From the NCBI GenBank assembly GCA_035718185.1, contig DASTHN010000090.1:1227-65226 (forward strand): a stretch of 64,000 nt of DNA, read 5' to 3'. The stretch is from Actinomycetota bacterium (lineage in GTDB: Bacteria > Actinomycetota > UBA4738 > HRBIN12). A program made the translations under genes and the position numbers. The notes beneath the pieces are model-generated. The model was not told the DNA's origin. It was given only the letters and a program-made list of their open reading frames with translations, and made no database searches. Shown one piece after another: positions 1 through 9,754 of the stretch (position 1 is its first letter; each line of letters begins with the position of its first letter).

Positions 1-1
1 G

Positions 2-103
2 CTCAAGGAGGAGATGGACGAGATCCTCGACGAGATCGACTCGGTCCTCGAGGAGAACGCCGAGGAGTTCGTGAAGAGCTACGTCCAGAAGGGCGGCCAG
101 TGA
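2..103 (+). CDS. pup: Prokaryotic ubiquitin-like protein Pup, C-terminal 33 aa (5' end lies outside the window)
   Basis: Direct translation of nt 2-103 gives [33 protein letters not shown]-stop. This is the conserved Pup C-terminal helix with the terminal GGQ. prcB follows immediately and overlaps the stop. Confidence 0.8.
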   Translation, partial: LKEEMDEILDEIDSVLEENAEEFVKSYVQKGGQ

Positions 104-900
104 GCCGCGAACCCCTGGACCACCCGCTCGGTGACCTGCCGATCGGGGCGAACCCCAGCTTCTTCGACCTGGTGGCCCGAACGCGACCCGAGGCCCTGCT
201 GCCGCACGGCTCGATCACCTCGGATGTGCCAGCGCCGCACGGCACCACGGTCCTCGGTCTCAAGTTCGACGGGGGCGTCGTGATGGCGGGCGACCGACGG
301 GCGACCTCGGGCAACTTCATCGCGGATGCGAAGATCCGCAAGGTCTTCGCGGCTGACGCCCTGTCCGCGATCGCCATCGCCGGCGTCGCCGGGCAGGCGG
401 TCGAGGTCGTCAAGATCTTCCAGCTGGAGCTCGAGCACTACGAGAAGATCACCGGCGACCGGCTGTCGCTCGAGGGCAAGGCCAACCGGCTGGCGCAGAT
501 GATCCGCGGGAACCTGCCGTCGGCCATGCAGGGGCTCGTCGTGGTGCCGCTCTTCGGCGGGTACGACGAGCGCCGGCGCGAGGGCCGGATCTTCTACTAC
601 GACGCCACCGGCGGACGCTGGGAGGAGGATGACTATCAGACGACCGGCTCGGGCGGACTGCCGGCGAAGAACTCGTTGAAGAAGCGCTGGCGCCCCGGGC
701 TCATGCGCGAGGAGGCGTTGCGCGTGGCCGTGGAGGCGCTGATCGACGCCGCCGAGGACGACGCCGCCACCGGCGGGCCGGATCCCACGCGCGGCATCTT
801 CCCCAACGTGGTCGTGATCACCGCCGACGGTGCCGAGGATGTCCCCGACGCGGACGTCGCCGCTGCGGCGCAGGCGGTGCTGCAGGAGCGCGCGCGATGA
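100..900 (+). CDS. prcB: 20S proteasome beta subunit PrcB
   Basis: 266 aa. Propeptide followed by [23 protein letters not shown] (catalytic Thr context). GTG start overlaps the pup stop. Conserved order pup-prcB-prcA. Confidence 0.9.
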   Translation: MSREPLDHPLGDLPIGANPSFFDLVARTRPEALLPHGSITSDVPAPHGTTVLGLKFDGGVVMAGDRRATSGNFIADAKIRKVFAADALSAIAIAGVAGQAVEVVKIFQLELEHYEKITGDRLSLEGKANRLAQMIRGNLPSAMQGLVVVPLFGGYDERRREGRIFYYDATGGRWEEDDYQTTGSGGLPAKNSLKKRWRPGLMREEALRVAVEALIDAAEDDAATGGPDPTRGIFPNVVVITADGAEDVPDADVAAAAQAVLQERAR

Positions 901-1586
901 GCTTCATGCCGTACGTGCCGCCCGAGCAGCTCATGAAGGATCGCTCGGACTTCGCGCACAAGGGGATCGCACGCGGCAAGTCCGTCGTCGGGCTCGAGTA
1001 CGGGGAGGGCATCCTGTTCCTGGCCGAGAACCCGAGCGCCACGCTCCACAAGATCAGCGAGATCTACGATCGGATCGCGTTCGCCGGGGTCGGGAAGTAC
1101 AGCGAGTTCGAGGAGCTGCGGATCGCAGGTGTCCGGCTCGCTGATATGCGGGGCTACTCGTACGACCGCGAGGACGTGCGGGCCAGGGATCTGGCGAACG
1201 CCTACTCGCAGGCGCTCTCGACCATCTTCACGCAACAGATGAAGCCGTACGAGGTCGAGATCCTGGTGGCGGAGGTCGCCGACGACGGCGGGCACAACGA
1301 GGTCTACCACATCCTGTTCGACGGAACGGTCAACGACGAGCACGGCGCGGTGGCGATCGGCGGGCACGCCGACACCCTCAACGCTGCCGTTCGCGAGGCG
1401 TACCGGGAGGGCTGGGACCTGGACACGGCCGTCCGCGAGGCCGTGAAGGCGCTCTCGGCAGCCGAGGAGCGGGCGATCGAGGCCACCTCGATCGAGGCCG
1501 GCGTGCTCGAGCGCTCGCGCCCGGGCCGCCGCAAGTTCCGTCGGCTCACCGAGGACCAGGTCGCCGCATCCCTCCAGGCGTCCTGA
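897..1586 (+). CDS. prcA: 20S proteasome alpha subunit PrcA
   Basis: 229 aa. Alpha-subunit-like sequence (GKSVVGLEYGEGILFLAENP...). 4-nt overlap with prcB. Confidence 0.9.
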   Translation: MSFMPYVPPEQLMKDRSDFAHKGIARGKSVVGLEYGEGILFLAENPSATLHKISEIYDRIAFAGVGKYSEFEELRIAGVRLADMRGYSYDREDVRARDLANAYSQALSTIFTQQMKPYEVEILVAEVADDGGHNEVYHILFDGTVNDEHGAVAIGGHADTLNAAVREAYREGWDLDTAVREAVKALSAAEERAIEATSIEAGVLERSRPGRRKFRRLTEDQVAASLQAS

Positions 1587-1628
1587 GGGGTTCCCCGCGG
1601 TCGGGGACCCCGGCCCTACACTCGACGC

Positions 1629-2987
1629 ATGGACCGCCGCATCTTCGGGCTCGAGAACGAGTACGGCGTGACGTGCACGTTCCGGGGCCAGCGACGCCTC
1701 TCGCCGGACGAGGTCGCCCGGTACCTGTTCCGCCGGGTCGTCCATTGGGGTCGGTCGTCGAACGTGTTCCTGGAGAACGGCGCCCGCCTCTACCTGGACG
1801 TCGGCTCGCACCCGGAGTACGCGACCCCCGAATGCGACCAGATCCTGGACGTGGTCGCGCACGACAAGGCGGGGGAGCGGATCCTGGAGGCGCTGCTGTC
1901 GGCCGCCGAGGTCCGGCTCCACGAGGAGGGGATCAGCGGACAGGTCTACCTGTTCAAGAACAACACCGACTCGGCGGGCAACTCGTACGGGTGTCACGAG
2001 AACTACCTCGTCGCCCGCCAGGGCGAGTTCGGCCGGATGGCCGACATCCTCATCCCCTTCTTCGTCACCCGGCAGGTGTGGTGCGGCGCCGGGAAGGTGC
2101 TCCACGGTCCCCGCGGGGCGCAGTTCTGCATCGCGCAGCGTGCGGAGCACATCTGGGAGGGCGTCTCGAGCGCCACGACGCGCTCGAGGCCGATCATCAA
2201 CACGCGGGACGAGCCTCACGCCGACGCCGAGCGCTACCGCCGGCTGCACGTCATCGTCGGCGACTCGAACATGAACGAGTGGACGACGTTCATGAAGGTC
2301 GGCATCACCGACCTCGTGCTGCGCATGGTCGAATCGAACACGGTGATGCGGGATCTCACACTCGAGAACCCGATCCGCGCGATCCGTGAGATCAGCCACG
2401 ACGTGACCTGCACGCGGAGGGTGCGGCTCGCGAACGGCCGCGAGCTGACGGCGATCCAGATCCAGGAGGAGTACTACGAGCGCACCGCGCGGTTCCTCGA
2501 CCGGCGCGGCGGGGACGAGCAGGCGCACCTCCTCCTCGGCGAGTGGCGCGAGGCGCTCGACGCGCTCACCGCCGGTGAGCCCGAACGCCTGGTCCGCAAG
2601 GTGGACTGGGTGGCGAAGTCGCTGATGATCGACCGGTACCGCGAGCGGCACGGTCTCGCACTCTCCTCGCCGAGGGTCGCGCTCCTCGACCTCGCCTACC
2701 ACGACGTCAACCGGACGCGAGGCCTGTACGCGCTGATGGAGAAGGCCGGCAAGGCCGAGCGGGCGGTCTCGGAGAAGGCGATCCAGCGCGCGATGCGCGA
2801 CCCTCCCCAGACCACCCGGGCGAAGCTCCGGGGTGACTTCATCCGCCACGCGAAGCAGAAGCGCCGCGATTACACGGTCGACTGGGTCCATCTGAAGTTG
2901 AACGATCAGGCCCAGCGCACCGTCCTGTGCAAGGACCCGTTCCGCGCCCAGGACGACCGGGTCGAGCAGCTCATCGCGCACATGTAG
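1629..2987 (+). CDS. pafA: Pup-protein ligase PafA
   Basis: 452 aa. N-terminal GLENEYG motif typical of the PafA/Dop carboxylate-amine ligase family. Located downstream of prcA, as PafA is. Confidence 0.9.
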   Translation: MDRRIFGLENEYGVTCTFRGQRRLSPDEVARYLFRRVVHWGRSSNVFLENGARLYLDVGSHPEYATPECDQILDVVAHDKAGERILEALLSAAEVRLHEEGISGQVYLFKNNTDSAGNSYGCHENYLVARQGEFGRMADILIPFFVTRQVWCGAGKVLHGPRGAQFCIAQRAEHIWEGVSSATTRSRPIINTRDEPHADAERYRRLHVIVGDSNMNEWTTFMKVGITDLVLRMVESNTVMRDLTLENPIRAIREISHDVTCTRRVRLANGRELTAIQIQEEYYERTARFLDRRGGDEQAHLLLGEWREALDALTAGEPERLVRKVDWVAKSLMIDRYRERHGLALSSPRVALLDLAYHDVNRTRGLYALMEKAGKAERAVSEKAIQRAMRDPPQTTRAKLRGDFIRHAKQKRRDYTVDWVHLKLNDQAQRTVLCKDPFRAQDDRVEQLIAHM

Positions 2988-3009
2988 GCCGGCCTAGGTC
3001 GAACGGTGG

Positions 3010-3768
3010 TTGCATCGGGCGGTCCCGGCGGCCAGGATTCCGGCCGTGGGGCGCAGCACCGTCTCCTCCGAGCGCGACCGCCGCCCGCCGCGCCGAGAGC
3101 TCCCGCCCGAGCTCGAGACGCCCGCGGACATCGGCCGCGTCGTTCGGCCGGTCCTGGTGGTCTTCGCCGTCCTCGGGCTGGTCGTCGCGGCACGCGCGGC
3201 GGCGCCGTCGATGACGCCGTCCGGCGGGCCGCTCCAGGACGCCTCTCTCTCGGGGCCGCAGGTGACGGGCGGCAAGCGGGAGGCGGCCAAGCCGGCCAGC
3301 TTCGGCTTCTTCCTCCCGTGGAACACCGCCGAGCACGAGGCGGTCCTCGAGCGCGTGGTCCCGATCGGGGCCACCGAGGGCATCCAGGTCGTCGGCGCGG
3401 GCGTGCTGGGACCCTTGGAGGAGGTCGTCGCGTTCGGGCCGGGCTATCCGCCTCAGGGCAGGCTCGAGCCCCCACCCGTCGACGGGTTCCGGATCCCGCC
3501 GGGCTCGGGCGTGCTCGACGGCTACCAGCTCGTGATCGGGGTCCAGGCGTCGGGCCCCGGCGTCCACTCGATCGCCGGATTCGCGATCGAGTACCGCGTC
3601 GCGGGGACCGAGTACCGGTCCGTCGCGCTCCAGGGCGTCTGGCTGTGCGTGCCGCGCGAGGAGAAGCCCGTCTGTCCCGAGCGCGAGGAGGCCGAGGCCG
3701 CCGTGACGGCGAGCCAGGAGGAGATCCGCGGGACCTTGCTCCGGGTGATCGCCGCCCCGCCGCGGTGA
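3010..3768 (+). CDS. Hypothetical secreted or membrane-anchored protein (start uncertain)
   Basis: 252-aa ORF with host-like GC3 periodicity. Hydrophobic N-terminal segment VVRPVLVVFAVLGLVVAARAAAPS, then a Gly/Pro-rich soluble part. No recognisable family by eye. Inserted between pafA and pafB. Confidence 0.45.
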   Translation: MHRAVPAARIPAVGRSTVSSERDRRPPRRELPPELETPADIGRVVRPVLVVFAVLGLVVAARAAAPSMTPSGGPLQDASLSGPQVTGGKREAAKPASFGFFLPWNTAEHEAVLERVVPIGATEGIQVVGAGVLGPLEEVVAFGPGYPPQGRLEPPPVDGFRIPPGSGVLDGYQLVIGVQASGPGVHSIAGFAIEYRVAGTEYRSVALQGVWLCVPREEKPVCPEREEAEAAVTASQEEIRGTLLRVIAAPPR

Positions 3769-3901
3769 GCGGCCTCGGGCCGCCCGCGATGAGCGAGGCG
3801 GACGCCGAGCGGGCGGGTCCGGTGACGGGGCGAGGAGGCCGACGAGACGGCACCCGCGACGTTCGGCTTCACCGCCGTCGCGATGGTGGCCGCGGCGGAC
3901 G

Positions 3902-5041
3902 CTAGCGGTTGAGTTCCCGGTAGCGGCGCGACCCGGCGGCCATCCTTCCGGCGAGGACCCCCGCAGCACCCGCGGCGAGGAAGAAGGGCGGATCGTCGCT
4001 CGGTGCGCGGCCCATCGAGTGGACCTCGACCTCCCTGCGCTCGAGCTCGGCGAGGGCGGGTCGGCCGTCCGCCTCCACGAGCTGGTGGCGATCCTCGAGC
4101 CGGGCGGACCGCAGGGAATCCCACACGACGGTGCGCTGGGGCTCGTCGAGGGTCGGGACGGCGACGTTGACGTCGGCGGTGCACACGTCGCGAAGGATCG
4201 TCACGGAGTGGTGCGACAGCCCGCGGTGACGCTCGCGCCGGTCGGCGAACGACACCCTGAGGGCTGCGACCGGCCGGCCCTCGAGCGTCCTGGCGGCCAT
4301 GAGCGCGTGGCCCGATCCGAGCGCGCTCACGCCCCACGTCGTGTCCGTGCCGAGGTTCCCGGGGCCGTCGGCCACGACGATGACCTCGGCCTGCAGGACC
4401 TCGCGAGCGGCGAGCAGGCCGGTCCAGATGGTCACGGCCTCGAGCCCGCCACCGAACGCCTGGCCGACGGTGATCCAGCCGTCGAGCAGCCCGGCCTCGA
4501 GCAGGCTCGGCACCAGTCGGGAGAACGCGCCGGCGAGCGCGGCGCCGTCGGTCATGACGTACACGACGCGGGCGTCGGCGCTCGCCTTGGCGCCCGCGGC
4601 GATCGGTCCGACCATCGAGTGCAGCGGCGCACAGACCACCGGGGCGTTCCGGAGCCCGCGAGCGCGCTCGATCGCCTCCCGGTGGGTCTCCTCGACGCTC
4701 GCGACCGCCGCCTGGAGCGGCGTGTAGCGCGCCTTCATGACTCGCCCGCCGTGCTCGAGGTCCGTGGGCGGGCCGCCCTCGACCGCCACGATCATGTGCA
4801 TCCCGCCGGTCCCCAAGCCCAGGTCGAGGGCGGTCGTGTTCAGCACCACCGCGTCGCCGGGGGCCACGGGGCCGGTGAGTCCCGGGTAGGCGAGCGCGGG
4901 AGCCTCTCGGCCCTCGACCTCGACGACCAGCTCGACCGCCCCTCGGCGCGCCGACACGATCCGCAGCACCGTCCCGCGGCGCAGGCGGACGAGCGATGGA
5001 TCCGGGCCAGTCGCGCGCACGCCCCGAGTATGATGCGGCAC
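3902..5041 (-). CDS. Conserved-hypothetical-like protein of about 360-380 aa (family not assignable by eye; true start probably internal)
   Basis: 379-aa ORF on the minus strand with coding-like composition (LNTTALDLGLGTGGMHMIVAVEGG...). Its annotated start abuts the pafB start, so a GTG around VRLRRGTV is more likely. Convergent with the upstream hypothetical gene. Confidence 0.5.
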   Translation of the reverse strand: MPHHTRGVRATGPDPSLVRLRRGTVLRIVSARRGAVELVVEVEGREAPALAYPGLTGPVAPGDAVVLNTTALDLGLGTGGMHMIVAVEGGPPTDLEHGGRVMKARYTPLQAAVASVEETHREAIERARGLRNAPVVCAPLHSMVGPIAAGAKASADARVVYVMTDGAALAGAFSRLVPSLLEAGLLDGWITVGQAFGGGLEAVTIWTGLLAAREVLQAEVIVVADGPGNLGTDTTWGVSALGSGHALMAARTLEGRPVAALRVSFADRRERHRGLSHHSVTILRDVCTADVNVAVPTLDEPQRTVVWDSLRSARLEDRHQLVEADGRPALAELERREVEVHSMGRAPSDDPPFFLAAGAAGVLAGRMAAGSRRYRELNR

Positions 5042-5043
5042 GC

Positions 5044-5997
5044 ATGCAGCCGCTCGAACGCCTGGTCAACCTCGTGGCGCTCCTGCTCGACGCCCGTCTG
5101 CCCCTGACGTTCGACCAGATCCGGGAACGGATGCCGGAGGCCTACGAGCAGCAGGACCTCGACACGGCGAAGCGGATGTTCGAGCGCGACAAGGGGATCC
5201 TCCGCGACATCGGGGTGCCGATCGAGGTCGTTGCGACCGACGTGTGGGAGAGCGAGCAGGGGTACGCCATCGCGAAGGACGAGTACTACCTGCCCGAGAT
5301 CGCCTTCACGCCGCAGGAGATCTCGGCACTGTTCGTGGCCGCCCACGCCGGCCGGGAGGGCTCTTCGGCCGAGGAGGCTGTTCGCAAGCTGCTCTATGGG
5401 GCGCAGGGCGGGATCCTCGTCGGGGTGAGCGGGTTCGCCCTCGCGACCGACGGCGTCTCGGACCGACGGCTGACGGCCGCCGCGGAGGCCGTCGCCGCCC
5501 AGCGGCGCGTGCGCTTCGGCTATCGAACCTCGCGTGGCGTCGAGGGCGAGCGCCGGGTCGACGCGTACGGTCTGGCCGTCCGCGGCGGCAGCTGGTACCT
5601 GGTCGGGCTGGATCGCGAGCGCGGCGAGATCCGCTCGTTCCGCCTGTCGCGCGTCTCGACCGACCTGGTCGACGAGGGCGAGGGTAGCGCGCCACCGGGG
5701 GGCTTCCGCGCGGCCGAGCACGTCCAGGTGGGTCCGTGGGGACCGGGCGAACCCCGTGAACGGGCGACGATCGCGTTCTCACCCGAGGTCGCGTGGTGGG
5801 CGACGAAGGGGCTGCAGGGTGCCGAGGTCCTGCGCGGACGACCCGACGGCTGGGTGGAAGTCGCCGTCCCGAACGGACCGGGGGAGGGACTCGCGTCCTG
5901 GATCCTGTCGTTCGGACCGGACGCCGTGGTCCTGGAGCCCGGTGACCTGCGGCGCGAGGTCGTGCGCCGTCTGGAGGCCACGCTTGCCCCCGGCTGA
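5044..5997 (+). CDS. pafB: WYL-domain transcriptional regulator PafB
   Basis: Starts MQPLERLVNLVALLLDARLPLTFDQIRERM... and contains KRMFERDKGILRDIGVPIEV. This is a close match to the mycobacterial PafB N-terminal HTH. ATG at 5044 is in frame within the ORF 4996-5997. Confidence 0.8.
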   Translation: MQPLERLVNLVALLLDARLPLTFDQIRERMPEAYEQQDLDTAKRMFERDKGILRDIGVPIEVVATDVWESEQGYAIAKDEYYLPEIAFTPQEISALFVAAHAGREGSSAEEAVRKLLYGAQGGILVGVSGFALATDGVSDRRLTAAAEAVAAQRRVRFGYRTSRGVEGERRVDAYGLAVRGGSWYLVGLDRERGEIRSFRLSRVSTDLVDEGEGSAPPGGFRAAEHVQVGPWGPGEPRERATIAFSPEVAWWATKGLQGAEVLRGRPDGWVEVAVPNGPGEGLASWILSFGPDAVVLEPGDLRREVVRRLEATLAPG

Positions 5998-6955
5998 GCG
6001 TCGCAAGCCCCCGAAGGCCTCCGAGCGGCTCCGCCGCCTCCTCGTCGTCGTCCCGTACCTCGTCCAGCACCCCGGGACCGAGCTGGCCGAGGTGACACGG
6101 CTGTTCGGGGTCCCCGAGGAGGCGTTGATCGAGGACCTGCAGCTGTTGTTCGTGTCGGGGCTGCCGCCCTACGGCCCGGGGGACCTCATCGACGTGGACA
6201 TCCAGGATGGACGGGTGTGGGTGCGGATGGCCGACTACTTCGGGCGTCCGCTGCGGCTGACCCGGAGCGAGGCCGTCGCCCTCTACCTCCGAGGGGCTGC
6301 GCTCGCGGCGATGCCGGACGTCCCCGAGGCGCCGGCGCTCGATTCCGCGCTCGCGAAGCTCGCCGAGGGGCTCGGACCGCAGACGCTGGGCGAACTCCCC
6401 GAGCGGGTCCAGGCGGCCGCCAGCGGCCGCACCGCCGAGACGCTGGAGGCGCTCCGGGCGGCCGCGGCCGCCCACGAGCGGATCCGGATCGAGTACTACG
6501 CGGCGTCATCGGCCTCCACGACGGTGCGCGAGATCGATCCCGAGGAGGTCCTCCACGCGATCGGCAACTGGTACGTGGTGGCATGGGACCATCGTTCGGA
6601 CGAGGAGCGGCTGTTCCGGGCCGACCGGGTGCGCACGGTGCAGAGGACGGGGGAGCGGTTCGACCCCCGGGGTCTCGCCGGCGCCGGCCGGCCGCTCTAC
6701 ACGCGGGGGGGGACCGATGCCCAGGTCCGGTTGCTGCTCGGGCCGGATGCGCGCTGGGTGGCCGAGTACTACGAGACCGAGGAGACCGTCGATCGCCCCG
6801 ACGGCAGCCTGGAGGTCTCGATGCCCGCGGGACGGCTGGAGTGGGCCGAGCGCCTGGTCCTGCGGCTCTCCGGGGCGGCACAGGTCGTGGGCCCGCCCGA
6901 GCTGAAAGACCGTGTTCGAGAGCTGGCGCGCAGGACCCGAGAACTATACGGATAG
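5984..6955 (+). CDS. pafC: WYL-domain transcriptional regulator PafC
   Basis: Contains RLLVVVPYLVQHPGTELAEVTRLFGVPEEALIEDLQLLFVSGLPPYGPGDLIDVD, which aligns with the PafC N-terminus. Overlaps the pafB end. Start is TTG 5984 or GTG 5942, not resolved. Confidence 0.75.
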   Translation: MPPAERRKPPKASERLRRLLVVVPYLVQHPGTELAEVTRLFGVPEEALIEDLQLLFVSGLPPYGPGDLIDVDIQDGRVWVRMADYFGRPLRLTRSEAVALYLRGAALAAMPDVPEAPALDSALAKLAEGLGPQTLGELPERVQAAASGRTAETLEALRAAAAAHERIRIEYYAASSASTTVREIDPEEVLHAIGNWYVVAWDHRSDEERLFRADRVRTVQRTGERFDPRGLAGAGRPLYTRGGTDAQVRLLLGPDARWVAEYYETEETVDRPDGSLEVSMPAGRLEWAERLVLRLSGAAQVVGPPELKDRVRELARRTRELYG

Positions 6956-7019
6956 GGTAGTCCCCTTCGGGCCGCCGAGCCTCAAGCGCCGTCCGGCCAC
7001 CGCCGATACAGCGGTTGAC

Positions 7020-7379
7020 ATGACCACCATCCGGACGACGTGCCCCCGCTGCGGGGAAGTGGATATGGGCCCCGAGTCGATCCTGCTGCAGGTCGTGCGG
7101 GGCGGCCGAGAGGGGACCTACCGCTTCACCTGCCCCACCTGCATGGACGACGTCGAGAAGCGGGCCGACCGCAAGATCGTCGCCCTGCTCGTCTCGGCGG
7201 GCGTGGACGTCGCCAGCCGCGGCACCACGATGACCGAGGAGCTGTTCGACCAGGAGTCCTACGTCGACCCGCGCCCTCCGCTGCCCGAGGCGCCCGCGTT
7301 CACGATCGACGACCTGATCGACTTCCACTTCGCGCTCCTGGACGACGCATCGATCCACGCGTTCTTCGCCAAGCAGTAG
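7020..7379 (+). CDS. Hypothetical small zinc-ribbon protein (CPRC...CPTC)
   Basis: ATG at 7020 within ORF 6912-7379 gives MTTIRTTCPRCGEVDMGP...TCPTCMDDVEKR, with two CxxC pairs and an acidic C-terminal half. No family recognised. Sits between pafC and tatA, where mycobacteria have nothing. Confidence 0.45.
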   Translation: MTTIRTTCPRCGEVDMGPESILLQVVRGGREGTYRFTCPTCMDDVEKRADRKIVALLVSAGVDVASRGTTMTEELFDQESYVDPRPPLPEAPAFTIDDLIDFHFALLDDASIHAFFAKQ

Positions 7380-7406
7380 GCGAGCGCCTTCGGCTACGAT
7401 GCCGGC

Positions 7407-7643
7407 ATGACCGGCCCCCTCCTCGCCGTCTCGACCACCGCCGTCGTCTGGCTGACCGTCGGTCTGGTGACGATGATGGCGGTGCTCGCGATGCTCGTGG
7501 CCCTGGTGCGCCAGGGGCTCCTGATCGGACGCTCGGTCCGTCGCATGAGCGACGAGTTCGCGCCGGTCCTGGCCGAGATACAGGCGCGCGGCCCATCGGG
7601 CCCGCGCGACGCTCGAGGCCGGAGCCGGTCCCCGCGCCGGTGA
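7407..7643 (+). CDS. Hypothetical small membrane protein (78 aa, one or two TM helices)
   Basis: MTGPLLAVSTTAVVWLTVGLVTMMAVLAMLVALV... followed by a basic tail. Coding-like GC3. No family recognised. Confidence 0.4.
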   Translation: MTGPLLAVSTTAVVWLTVGLVTMMAVLAMLVALVRQGLLIGRSVRRMSDEFAPVLAEIQARGPSGPRDARGRSRSPRR

Positions 7644-7700
7644 GCCGGCCGCTCCGAGCCCGGCGGTAGGATACGGGCGACCCCGACCGTCGAGGCGCAC

Positions 7701-8231
7701 GTGTTCAACATCGGACCCCAGGAGCTGCTGCTCATCCTGCTGGTCGCGCTCGTCGTCGTGGGACCGAAGCGCCTCCCCGAGCTCAGCCGAACGATCGGGC
7801 GCGGCCTGCGCGAGTTCCGCAAGGCGCAGGACGAGGTGAAGAAGACCATCAACCTCAGCCTCGACGAGAGCGAACCGACGAGCTCCGGCAGCCCACGGAC
7901 GGTGGGGACGGCCTCCGCCGCATCGGCCCCCACCGCCGAGCGGGGGGACGTCGCCACCGCTCCGGAGGCGGACGACGAGACGCAGGCCGACACGGCGGCC
8001 GACGTGGCCCGCACGCTCGGCCGTGGCCTGGCCGAGATCCGTCGGGCTCGCCGAGAGGTCCAGCGGACCTTCCGCGTCGACCTGACCGACGAGCCGCAGG
8101 ATCGTTCGAGCGCACCGAGTACCTCGGCCCCGAGCCGCGCGACCGAGACACCCGCCGCCGAGCCGTCGCCCGGCGAGACGCCTCGCGACCCGCAGGATCG
8201 CGCCCCCGCCGGCCCGGAGATGCCGGCCTGA
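7701..8231 (+). CDS. tatA: Twin-arginine translocase subunit TatA/E (long acidic Pro/Ala-rich C-terminal extension)
   Basis: N-terminus MFNIGPQELLLILLVALVVVGPKRLPELSRTIGRGLREFRKA is the canonical TatA TM plus amphipathic helix. Lies before tatC, as in mycobacteria. Confidence 0.85.
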   Translation: MFNIGPQELLLILLVALVVVGPKRLPELSRTIGRGLREFRKAQDEVKKTINLSLDESEPTSSGSPRTVGTASAASAPTAERGDVATAPEADDETQADTAADVARTLGRGLAEIRRARREVQRTFRVDLTDEPQDRSSAPSTSAPSRATETPAAEPSPGETPRDPQDRAPAGPEMPA

Positions 8232-8247
8232 CGGAGTCATCCACCGC

Positions 8248-9027
8248 ATGCGGCTGATCCCCGAGCGCTTCCGAAGGAAGCGTCGAGACCCCGAAGGGAC
8301 GATGTCGCTCGTGGAGCACCTCGAGGAGCTGCGCCGTCGGCTCGTGATCGCGGTGGTGGCGATCGCGGTCGGCTCGGTCGTCGGGTGGCTCCTCTACGAC
8401 ACCGTCATCGAGCTCCTCCTCGAGCCCTACTGCGACTACTGGGCCACCGTGCCGCCGCAGAACCGCCCGACCGAGGCCTGTTCCCTGTTCTTCATGGGGG
8501 CGGTCGACCCGGTGCTCATCAAGCTGAAGGTGGTGGTCTTCCTCGGCCTGTTCATCGCGTTGCCGGTGGTGCTGTGGGAGCTCTGGGCCTTCATCGTCCC
8601 CGGCCTCACGCAACGCGAGAAACGGATGGCGGTGCCGTTCGTGGCCAGCTCGGTGCTCCTGTTCGCGCTGGGGGCGTACCTGGCCTACGCCACCCTCCCG
8701 AGGGCGCTGGGCTTCCTCTTGGGGTTCGCGGGATCGGAGTTCGCCCCTCTCCTCACGGGTGACCGGTTCCTGTCGTTCGTGATGCTCGTGGCGCTCGCGT
8801 TCGGGCTGTCGTTCGAGTTCCCCATCGTGCTGATCTTCCTCACGCTGGTCGGCGTGATCTCGACCCAGACCCTGCGGACCTGGCGCCGATGGGCCTACCT
8901 CGCCATCGCGGTCTTCGCGGCGTTCATCACGCCGAGCGCGGACCCGTACACCATGCTCGCGATGATGCTGCCGATGATGCTCTTCTACGAGGCGGCTATC
9001 ATCGTGGCTCGACTCCTGAGGAAGTGA
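8248..9027 (+). CDS. tatC: Twin-arginine translocase subunit TatC
   Basis: 259 aa with six TM segments. MSLVEHLEELRRRLVIAVVAI matches the TatC N-terminal motif. An alternative start at ATG 8302 is possible. Confidence 0.85.
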   Translation: MRLIPERFRRKRRDPEGTMSLVEHLEELRRRLVIAVVAIAVGSVVGWLLYDTVIELLLEPYCDYWATVPPQNRPTEACSLFFMGAVDPVLIKLKVVVFLGLFIALPVVLWELWAFIVPGLTQREKRMAVPFVASSVLLFALGAYLAYATLPRALGFLLGFAGSEFAPLLTGDRFLSFVMLVALAFGLSFEFPIVLIFLTLVGVISTQTLRTWRRWAYLAIAVFAAFITPSADPYTMLAMMLPMMLFYEAAIIVARLLRK

Positions 9028-9037
9028 CGAGGGCAGG

Positions 9038-9754
9038 ATGGCGATCAAGGGCAAGAGCAAGCCGAAGGGGGGCGCGAAGCCGGTCACGCGCGGCCCGCGG
9101 CCGCAGTACGTGCCGGTTCGCACGCCGCTCCTGCAGCGCCGCGCCTTCTGGTACACCACGATCGCCGTCGTCGTGATCGCGAGCGCGCTCGGCATCTGGT
9201 ACGGGATCGCGCAGGAGCGGGAGTCCGACCGCGAGCGCGAGCTCCAGGCCTCGCTGCGCCGGACGGTGACCGACTACCAGAAGCAGATCGACCCGGTGCT
9301 CCTCACCGTCGGCACGGAGATCCCCGGCGGGTACGACACGTTCCCCGAGTTCGAGGACGCGCTGAACACCTTCATCGATGGGCAGGGCACGCCCACCGAC
9401 CTGCAGCGGGCGGCCGAGGCGACCGCGAAGGCGGCGGGGGCGGCGGCCGAGAAGCTGGAGGCGATCGACGCCGCCGGGCTGGTCGCCGGCAAGGGGTTCG
9501 ACGCGGAGGTCGCGCTGTTCGTCGTCAACGCGCGCTCCCGGATGGCCCAGGGTCTCCGCGTGTACGAGCACGCGGCCAAGCTTGCAACCGACGCCGCGGC
9601 CGCGGGCGGGGACCAGGCGATCGAGCTGGCCAAGCGCGCGAAGGAGGCTGCGGCCCTGGCGAAGGACATCTTCGCCGATGGCTATCAGGACTACATCGAG
9701 GTCCAGGTGCGCGCCGGCACCTACCAGCCCGTGATCGACACGGGACAGCCGTGA
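9038..9754 (+). CDS. Hypothetical membrane-anchored protein
   Basis: 238 aa. Basic N-terminus, single TM (FWYTTIAVVVIASALGIWYGI), then an Ala-rich helical domain. No family recognised. Confidence 0.5.
   Translation: MAIKGKSKPKGGAKPVTRGPRPQYVPVRTPLLQRRAFWYTTIAVVVIASALGIWYGIAQERESDRERELQASLRRTVTDYQKQIDPVLLTVGTEIPGGYDTFPEFEDALNTFIDGQGTPTDLQRAAEATAKAAGAAAEKLEAIDAAGLVAGKGFDAEVALFVVNARSRMAQGLRVYEHAAKLATDAAAAGGDQAIELAKRAKEAAALAKDIFADGYQDYIEVQVRAGTYQPVIDTGQP

Noticed and set aside
636-2981. 781-aa minus-strand ORF antisense to prcB, prcA and pafA
   Set aside because: R/P/G/A-rich low-complexity translation typical of off-frame reading of 70%-GC DNA. It is antisense to three well-supported genes.
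7701-8231. Calling the 176-aa Tat component TatB rather than TatA
   Set aside because: The N-terminal TM/amphipathic region matches TatA/E and lies at the conserved tatA position before tatC. The long C-terminal tail is low-complexity, so a TatB assignment cannot be supported from sequence alone.
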